Assembly: GCF_036321535.1 (NCBI RefSeq)
Contig: NC_087436.1
Location: forward strand, 94,552,001-94,616,000
Direction of reading: 5' to 3'
DNA length: 64,000 nucleotides
Origin: Camelus dromedarius
Lineage: Eukaryota
The stretch's first letter is position 1; every line of letters begins with the position of its first letter. The notes beneath the pieces were generated by a model that saw only the letters and a program-made list of their open reading frames with translations, had not been told where the DNA came from and searched no databases. A program made the position numbers and the translations under genes. Of this stretch, positions 55,034 to 64,000 are shown piece after piece.

Positions 55034-55219
55034 ATATTTTTCTGTCACTTGCCCACAGAATGTCTAGTACGTAGAAGTTGCTCAAGTTGATTGGCTAAAT
55101 GAGGGCTTGGTCAAATGTTTATCTAAATAAACTCAAATGTTTTTCAAAGAAAAAAATTAAATAAAATAAACAGATAAAATGGGACACTTGACTTTTCCTT
55201 TTTGCTTTTTCAATCTTTT

Positions 55220-55465
55220 TTTTTTCCATTGGAAAATCTTTATTTCTTTTTTTTTTTAACATTTTTTATTGATCTATAATCATTTTACAATGCTGTGTCA
55301 AATTCCAGTGTTCAGCACAATTTTTCAGTTATTCATGGACATATACACACTCATTGTCACATTTTTTTCTCTGTGAGTTATCATAACATTTTGTGTATAT
55401 TTCCCTGTGCCATACAGTGTAGTCTATTCTACAATTTTGAAATCCCAGTCTATCCTTTCCTACCC
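55220..55465 (-). mobile_element. Young L1 3' end with double poly(A) tail (short 3' transduction)
   Basis: TSD tcaatctttt at 55210-55219 and 55466-55475; reverse complement closely resembles the 23.3 and 29.6 kb copies. Confidence 0.88.
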
Positions 55466-55475
55466 TCAATCTTTT

Positions 55476-55601
55476 AAAAATTTTATTTACTTTATTTATT
55501 TAGGGATTATGTTTATTTATTTTATGGAGGTATGGGGATTGAACTCAGGACCTCGTGCATGCTAAGCACACACACTACCACTCAGCTAACTCTCCCTCCT
55601 C
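55476..55601 (-). mobile_element. tRNA-derived SINE (vic-1-like)
   Basis: ggaggtatggggattgaactcaggacctcgtgcatgctaagcac...taccactcagcta. Confidence 0.87.
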
Positions 55602-56189
55602 GGTTTTTCTATTTGACTTAAAGAAAAAGATTGCATTAATGATGAGAATGTTGATGAAACGGGATTGCCTCATACAGTGCCAGTGCTAGAGCTATTTACA
55701 ACAAACTTTCTAAAGCACCTTTGCCATAAGAGTAAGAATAGCTCGCATACTATGACTCAGTAACTTTTTCAGGAATCTATCTTGGTCAAATAAACTCAGA
55801 TAAAAAGTATTACGTAAAGATACTCCTTTCAATACACATATAGTGGGAGAAAAATAGAAACAACTTATAAACGTTCAACATGAGAGTGATTTAGTAATGT
55901 AGTATTAAATATTAAATATATAAATTAAATACTATTTAATTTTAATATTCAAGTTAAACACTAAATATTTTAAAAGAATATTTAATACCCCAAAGAAAAC
56001 ACAAGATATATTTAGAGGGAAAGAAGGATACAAAATAGTATACATACTAAGATCCTGACTTGGTTAAAAAAATAAATAAAAGACATCAATATCAACAGCT
56101 GTCTCCAATTAATAAGAGACTGTCACCTACTTTTGTCATCTTTGTACATTTCTTCTAAATTCTCATAGAAGAACAAGGAAACATCACCA

Positions 56190-58850
56190 CTCTCCCTCAT
56201 TATCAATCACCTTTAATGTCCTTACTTCCTTCCTTAACCAGTTTAGATTCCATGGGCACTCATTATAATCACTCCCTTGCAAATACTCTTTGACAACCTT
56301 GATACTTTTCTTGCTTTAGCATACTCATATGGCAGAGCCCCAATACCAATTAAAACTCATTCCCCAATTAACTTAGAAAAAAAAAAAAAACTGTGTCTGC
56401 CCCAAGCAGATGGGGGAGAGGACAGGGAACAACCATCATTAACTGATCACATGTTCAAGTGAAAAACACAAATCCCAAATGGAAATTTTCTCTAAGTATC
56501 TCAGCTCCTATTAAAGATGAATCCTTCCACTTATGCTAGGAACACCACTCCATGTTCTTCACAAGGACTTTGCACCTTCGATTACTCCTCCTCTCTCTAG
56601 CATAACGAATTTCTCCCATCTATCCACATACAAACATACACTAATACTGAAATCTTATTTTAAAGATCTCTGAAGCCATAATCTTCTCCAGCTCCCTCTC
56701 TTCTTTTCTCTCCTGTCCAAGCAAAATTCCTTTAAAAAGTAGACCACAACTGCCAGTTCCTCACCTCATTCCTCTTAACAATCCACTCTAATGAGACATT
56801 CACCTTCACCATTCCAATGAAAATATTCTAGTCAAGGTCACCAATGATCACCAGGCTGCAAATTCAATTGTCATTTCTCCTATTCAGCAACATAACAAAG
56901 TTGACCACCCTCTTCTTAGAGTTCTTTCTTCTCTTGGCTTCAATGACACCACACTCTCCTTAATTGGTTCTCATCAGCTCAACTACAAAATGTGCTACCG
57001 ACCCAAGATGAAAACCAAGACTCTGTCCTAGACCACTCCTTTTCTTTTTTCTTAGGTTATTAAATGAAAAGACCTTTATTATTGCATAAGCCAGAGCAAT
57101 ATTCAGCACAGAATACCTGAGTTGATGAATTGGAAATTGCAAAGATTTATCTTATCATATGAGACCAATAAGTCCCTAAGAGATGTATGCAGTCTCTCCC
57201 TGAAGACACCACCCAGAATTCAGATCAGGTACTCTGAGCCAACACTGTGTCACATCCAAGCCCTAACTTAGAAGATGATGAAGATCCCCTGGGGGAGTTC
57301 TAATTACCCATAATTCCCTTCAGCAAGTGAGAGAGCACACAGACCACTCCTTTTCTAACCAAACTCTCCTACAGTTAAGTCACCCAGTCTAAGCTTTAAA
57401 TTATACCATCTATATATCTACAATGACCAAATTTCTCTATTTCCAGACTCACATATTCAACTGCTTGTTATTTCCCCACCTTAATTGTAATTGACTATAC
57501 TTCATTTAAAAAAAAAAAAAACCTAACAAGAACAAAGCAAAATTCTTAATCTTCCCTGACCTCTAATGTGCTCCTCTCAACTCTTTTCCAACTCAGAAAT
57601 TACTACCACCATCTATCTAGCTGGAGACAAAAATCTACGTGTTGTTCTAGCTTCTTCACTATTTCTCTGCACCATCAGCAACCTCTGGTGACTCTGTACT
57701 TAAAACACAACCCAAATACTTCTCTTCAGCCCCCTCTATTCCATCCTAACCCCAAGCTACAATCATTTCTTACCTAGGCTACCTAGAAAGGCTTCCCAAA
57801 CTATCTTCCTGAGCTCATCCCAGTCCCCTACCTCCAACCCCACATGACAAGTTGCCTAATCAATTTCCTTTCTCTTTCCTAACAAATCACTAATTTTAAT
57901 TGGGGAGCAATGTGCTCAGCTAATAAACATTTCCTAGCCTCTCTAAAACCACGAAGTGGTTGACACAGTCCCGAATAAAAATAAAAAATAGAAACAGAGG
58001 TCACTCAATGGGACCTCAGGAATTTCTTTTAAACAGTGAACTCAGCTGGCATGTGCCTTGTGCCTTTACCTTTCTGAAATTCAGATAGGTTGTCTGGTCC
58101 TCTGCCATTTTGAGAATTCAGGGACAAGGGTCAAATCATAAGAATGATAAATTCAAAGTTAGAAGTAATCTATTAACACTATAAAGTCCCTAACCAAGCA
58201 ACTGTGGGATACTTCCTTCCAGACTTCTCCTATTTATTTAAGTCACTACTACTGTTTCTTTGTTACATACAGCAAAACAACCTTTAAAGTACTAAACCTT
58301 CCCTCCCATCTTCAGTTTAAATTCATTCTCCATGCACCAGCCAAAGTTCCCTTTTAAAAGCACAAATTCTGGCTTTTACTTTAAATTCTCAAATGGCTTC
58401 CAGAGTCACTTAAAACCCAAACTCTTTACTTTGGGCTTATAAAGTTTTATGTGATCTTGCTTCCATCTACATCCCAACTTCATCTTGCACTATTCTCCTC
58501 CTTTACTGACAATACTCCAGCCACAATAACCTTTTGGTTGCTTAGATATAGCAAATTCATTCCCACTTTAGATTATACTTTACATTGTTTCCCCTAATCT
58601 GAACTGTTCTTCCCCTAGAGACACGGCTTTAACCTTCAGATCTCAATCTAAGTTTAAAATTCCAAGAAAGGTCTTTTCTAAACACCCAATCAAAAACAAT
58701 CAATTAATTTCATCTGTACAATATTATTATATTTCTTGCATTGCATTTATTACTTGTTTATTTGTCTGTCCTCCCGTGCCCCACTCATTGCTATATCCCC
58801 AACACACATCATGGTGCCTAGCATAGAGGGAGCCCTCAAATATTTGTTAA
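56190..58850 (+). mobile_element. Fragmented L2 LINE (with a probable MaLR-LTR insert ~57850-58280)
   Basis: gtcaaggtcaccaatga, cttggcttcaatgacaccacactctcct, 3' end ggtgcctagcatag...ctcaaatatttgtt. Confidence 0.65.
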
Positions 58851-60918
58851 AGAACTCTTGCTACTGATAATACAAAAATGGATGAGCCATGAGCCCTTGA
58901 GAAGCTCAGAGTCTAGTAGGAAAGTACAGCTTCAAATGATTATAAATTACAGATTTGGCTGTGAAGTCACATGGGAATTATATTCAAGGCTCTCAAAAAA
59001 AAAAAAAAAAAAAAGCCCTGCTAAATATGTACACACATATACATACATAGAAAACAATGGAAGGAAATACCAAAATTAAGATGTATATATAAAATATTTC
59101 ATAGACAAAACAGTTTTTAAAGAAAAGAATTATCTCTAGGAGTGAGATTACAGATAACTTTAATACAGTTCCCTGTATTTTCCAACGTTTAATAATAAGT
59201 ATGTTACTATTATATTCACAGAAACTGACCGTATAAAAGAGAAAAGCAATTAAATGGTTCTACGTTTTTGACTACATAATGATTATTAGCTTTCTATGTA
59301 CATATTAGAGTTGATCATCCTTATGTGTGACTAAGTTAATTCCAATTTATCCTCTGAAATAATCAGTTCAAGGGTCATTCCCAAGGAACTCTTCTGAGTT
59401 TAGGTTATCTCACCCCCACAGTTCTCCTTACTTAAATTCAACAAACACACATACAATGAGCTATTCAATGTCTCACTTGCCGGACCACAATTTACCCCAT
59501 AACAGCATGGACAATGTCTATCTTATTAACAAACATGGGTGGCATTCAAGAAATATTTGTTGAATAAATGAAAAAAAACATAGAGTTAACTAAAGAGTTT
59601 TTTTAAACCATACGGATATAGATGATGTCATATATAATACTAAACAGATGTTCCCTGAGATCCTGAAAGGGGAAAATTACAAAATAAGCAAAACAAAGAT
59701 TCCCTTCCCATTATCTTATTTCCCAGTTTTTGACTTAGACACTTTATCACCCCAATTCAGGAACTGACTATATTATCAACCCTTACATACAACGGAATCC
59801 CAACTTCACTGAAGGGCCACCTTTATCAACATATTCAACTCTTCCTATTACCAGAAGCAGGATGAAAGGTTATTACTTTCATAGCAGTTGGGGATGATCT
59901 TCCTGGAGCTTAAGAAAATCTTTAACTCATTCAGGTAAACAAGTGCCTCTTGCCTACCAGGCAATGTGCTAAGCAACGGAGAATAGAAAATCAGTAAGAT
60001 AGGTTTCTGCCCTCAGTGACTCACACACTCAGTTCCTATGGGCAGATGGAGATAAAAGATCTAGGTAAACACCCATGGATATAACCAAAGTATGACGAAG
60101 TCAACAGACATAAAACAGTATCTGTCACATATAACCGCCTAAAATCTCATCCAAACATCCAATAACCTAGTAATAACACTCTCAGATTTATACCCCAAAT
60201 TCCTGCACATCTGCACCAACAAGAAACTGTAAATAACCAAATGTCCAACTCACATAAACATAAACTGCAATGTATTCTATATATATATAGAAATATACAT
60301 ATATATAAAAAAACTAAAGGAATTACTACAGAATGAAGCACAAATGTTTTATATCACTGCTGAAAAGCAACAGTATCAGACAACCCACAATTAAGTATGC
60401 CAATCCCAAACAGAATGGTTCACGTGAAACAAAGAAACCTACAAGAAACAAAGAAACCGAAAGATAAAGCACACAGCAGTCACCTGAGAGAAAAGGCTAC
60501 ACATACTAGTTAGCCCAGTAACACTAAATTTGCAAAAGAAAGCTTTATGACCAGTGAACACAAAAATATGCTTAATATCTGACTACAGAAATGAAAATTA
60601 AAATAAGCTACCACTTCACATCCACCAGACTGACAAAAATCTAAATCTTGCAAATGTCAGGTCACTAAGATTATTACATATTTCTGGAGAGAGAGTAAAT
60701 TGATACTAACATTGGAAGATCAATGATGCAATATCCAGTCATGTAGAAGATACAAATACACCCAGATCTTACAATCCCACTTCCTAGAAAAACCCTCATG
60801 TGCCCAAGAAAACACTTATAATGTTCAATGCATCCTTTTTTAAAATCGTTAAAAGTTGTAACTACACATCATCAATAAGATAATGAATTTTAAAACCTGT
60901 GACATGGAATACTAAATA

Positions 60919-61112
60919 CATTTGTCCCCTGAACAACAAGGGAGTTAGGGGTGCTGACCTTCCGCTTAGAAGAAAATCTGTAACTTACACTTGGCCCTCC
61001 ATTTCCACAGTTCCTCCACATGTGTTCATTCAACCAACAGTGGATCATGTAGCACTGAAATACCTACTATTGAAATAAAAATCATGCAGTTCAAACCCAT
61101 GTTGGTCAACTG
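60919..61112. mobile_element. Tigger2/MER8-family MITE
   Basis: TA|catttgtcccctgaacaac ... gttggtcaactg|TA: degenerate TIRs with TA target duplication. Confidence 0.8.
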
Positions 61113-61135
61113 TAGTTTAAAATTAAAGAACTAGA

Positions 61136-61276
61136 GGGGGGAGGATGTAGGTCAAGTGGTAGAGCACATACTTAGCATGCATGAGGTCCTGGGTTCAATC
61201 TCCAGTGCCTCCTCTAAGAATAAAGAAATAATAAATAAACCTAATTACCTTCCCCCACAAAATAGAAAAAAAATGA
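61136..61276 (+). mobile_element. tRNA-derived SINE (vic-1-like)
   Basis: agtggtagagcacatacttagcatgcatgaggtcctgggttcaatc; TSD aaagaactagag / aaagaactcgag. Confidence 0.9.
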
Positions 61277-62569
61277 AAGAACTCGAGCAATATGCACTGT
61301 CACAGATAAATCTCAAAAAGCAACACTGAGAAGAAAAGCTGTGGAGATGAATACTATAACCAACTGTGAGAAATTTTTTTAAGTTAAAAATACTAAAAAG
61401 TCATTTTATACTGTTTATCAATAGTAAAAACATATATTTGAATGGGAGGGATATACTCAACTTCACCACAGTGGTTATCAATGAGAAGGAAAATGCAATA
61501 GAGAAAAGGCTACAAAGTGAGCTTTATCTGTATGTTTTGTTTTATTTCTTAGTGGGAGTGGATAGCCTAAACCCAGTATGAAAGCTAAGATCTATTAAAT
61601 CTGGACCATGAATATAAAGGTGCTCATACATTATTCCCTAAACTTCTAAGTCTAAAATGTAATTTTTAAAAACATCTTTAGAAGTAATGGGTAGGAAGCA
61701 AGCAATAAATATGACTGTACTCTATTCTTTCCACCATAATCAGTAAATATTTTAAAGTAAAAAACCTTGTTTTAAACCCCTGTTCCATGAACAAGTTACT
61801 TGACAATGAGGAAAGTTACTTAATTTCTTCAGGGCTGCAACTTTCTAATCTGTAAAGCAAGAGTAACATCCATATCATAAGGCTGCCATATTGACAAAAT
61901 ATTAGACAGTGGCACTGAACTAAATAGGTAGTTATTTTAAATTTACTGTAAAAGTAAAGAACTAAAGGGAGGGAAATGATTTTGAATGAACAAGGATTTT
62001 GAATGAAACGATCTTGTCTCACCTTTTCAGAATTATATAAGAGAACACACCATATCAGATGGATGTGACTATCACTTTCTAACTTCCAAGATCCAATTTA
62101 AAAAAAGGGATTTTACAAAGGGATCCAAGATTACACACTACAAGATTAGAATCTGGATTCCTTGGTCCAGTTCAAGGAGACCAGAGCTATGTCAGGAAAT
62201 ACAAAATAATCCAATAACTCTCTATTACCTGAAAGGCTTCCAAGTAATTTACTTCTTTTTCACCAAGAAAGGTCGTTTAAAAACAAACTTTTCTCCAATT
62301 TATAATTGTCTCCTAAAGAAAAATTAACCAGCACCTTCAGAACAGTGTCCACATATATTCTATTCCCCTTGGCCATCGGCCCCACAGGTTGTTTGCATAC
62401 AGATGACAAATAAACATTATCAGAAGCACTCAAGTCTCCCACAATGTTAAGCCTTTTCTTGAGGCAAACTCACATAGAGATATCATTAAGTCACAGAAGG
62501 AAAGCTTTTTGATACAAGAATGGTAATAAGCAGAATATGAAAGTAGTTAATTTTGACATCTTAACAGCT

Positions 62570-62752
62570 ATCTATTTACTGAATGTTTAGTATGTCCCAA
62601 GCATTGCTCCAAGCACTGTAAAGACTTAATCTTCCTACATTTTTACAGGTAAGAAAACTGAGATACAGAGTCAGTGCTGTAGGTATAAAGTAAAAAAGCC
62701 AGGACTCAAGGCAAATCTAATTCCAAAGCCCACACTCTTAACCACTAAGCTG
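62570..62752 (-). mobile_element. MIR SINE remnant
   Basis: ttttacaggtaagaaaactgaga...ccaaagcccacactcttaaccact. Confidence 0.7.
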
Positions 62753-63357
62753 AACTTACTGTATTATGCTTAGGGAACTAAATATCTCTGCCTCCTGGTA
62801 ATTTTAAGTTCTCACACTAAGAAAATACATTTAAAATACAATACTTAATACTGAACTGTTACTCACTGTACTTAGTTTTATTAGCATTCAGCTTTTATAG
62901 TACTGTTTATGAAAAGGACAGTCCCATTAAGCAACCGTATACAATGGTTAGAGTAAACTGGTATATAAAGTCTGAGTTAAATGCACCATTAACCAGACCT
63001 GTGTCACTAAGTCACAATTAATCTCTCTAGGCCTCAGTTTCCATATCTTAGAGATGAGGAGTTTGCCTTAGATCTAAGGTCTCTTTCAACTATAATATTC
63101 AATGCCATTTAACACATTTTCTAAGATACTATTAATATTTTTGAACAAAAATTTTGAAAGGCATCTTTCAAAACCTTCAAAATTAAATCATATAGTATAT
63201 GTTTTTATGTCTACCCTTTTACTCAAACATACTCAAAGCTAAACTGTGCTACCAGAAGTCAGGAAAATCACTAAAAAGGGCTGGGGGTCTGGGAGTTCTG
63301 ATTGTGCTAGTAATATTAATATTCTGTTTCTTGATTTGGGTGCCAGTCACACTTTAT

Positions 63358-63488
63358 CGTGTGTGTGTGTGTATACACATATATATATATTACTTTGATA
63401 CGAAAAAGGTTTTTTCCTTCGTGTGTGTGTGTGTGTTTGTATACATATATATATATATTACTTTGATACGAAAAAGGTTTTTTCCTTC
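63358..63488. repeat. Tandem duplication of a (GT)n(TA)n + 30-bp unique block
   Basis: tactttgatacgaaaaaggttttttccttc occurs twice, each copy preceded by GT/TA microsatellite. Confidence 0.92.
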
Positions 63489-64000
63489 CTCAAAGATACC
63501 TTAGGTGTTCTAAATCCACAACTATGTTTGTGTATATTAGAGCTTTCTGTTCTAAATATATAAATGTGTTTCTTGCCTAATATTGCCAATTACCCCTGCT
63601 CCCTGGTTTCAATTTAGGTCCTAGAAAAGAGATCATTTACTTATAAATTACAGTATTCCTATAATTCCTTTAGGATTGTCTCCTGAAATCTGAGATCAGT
63701 CTTAACTTTCTTTTGGAACCTAGTTCAAGAACTTCCCTACAAATACATACCCTTAGCATTGACAAAGCATTGATTCTCTGCATCTAGCATTTTTATTTAT
63801 TTCCAAACAGGTAAGTCTTTTAGGGCTATTGTCAATATGCTCAGTAATGAAGATAATGTATATTTACTGAGAAATAAGAACATTTATTCTTTACAAAGGG
63901 GTGACAAGCTAAGGGACCCCAGATGCATATATATCTATGCCTGATGGACAGCGATCAAAGTCTTTATAATTTTTCTCAAGAAACAAGAAACGCACCCCAA

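Noticed and set aside
142..63504. The supplied six-frame ORFs of 60-166 aa
   Set aside because: None matches a protein I recognise; they are chance ORFs in AT-rich DNA, microsatellite translations or L1 fragments. The real UBE2K exons are too short to appear in the track.
63788..63816. Recursive-splice-like motif ttttatttatttccaaacag|GTAAGT
   Set aside because: It is on the plus strand, antisense to UBE2K, with no evidence of a plus-strand transcript.
40136..64000. UBE2K exon 1 or CpG-island promoter
   Set aside because: No CpG-rich region or MANIAVQRIKREF-coding sequence was seen; it must lie beyond the window.

Overview
Mammalian, AT-rich, CpG-poor genomic DNA, most likely from a camelid (seven copies of a tRNA-derived SINE resembling camelid vic-1, plus young L1 3' ends). 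The only gene I can support is UBE2K (HIP2/E2-25K ubiquitin-conjugating enzyme) on the minus strand. Coding exons 2-7 (codons 22-200) lie between 40135 and 16994, followed by an inferred ~4.5 kb 3'UTR ending near 12.47 kb. Exon 1 lies beyond the right edge, so 40136-64000 is intron 1; 1-12.4 kb is downstream intergenic DNA. The rest is decayed L1, L2, MIR, DNA-transposon MITEs and microsatellites. None of the supplied ORFs corresponds to a real protein. I did not find a supportable, previously undescribed biological system. The best second-look items are a non-canonical GC splice donor on exon 2, inverted SINE/L1 pairs around the in-frame exon 2-3 block (circRNA/skipping potential), an L1 with a short 3' transduction, two candidate poison exons, 3'UTR regulatory motifs and several local duplications. 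Repeat boundaries are approximate and family names come from recalled consensus sequences, not a search.
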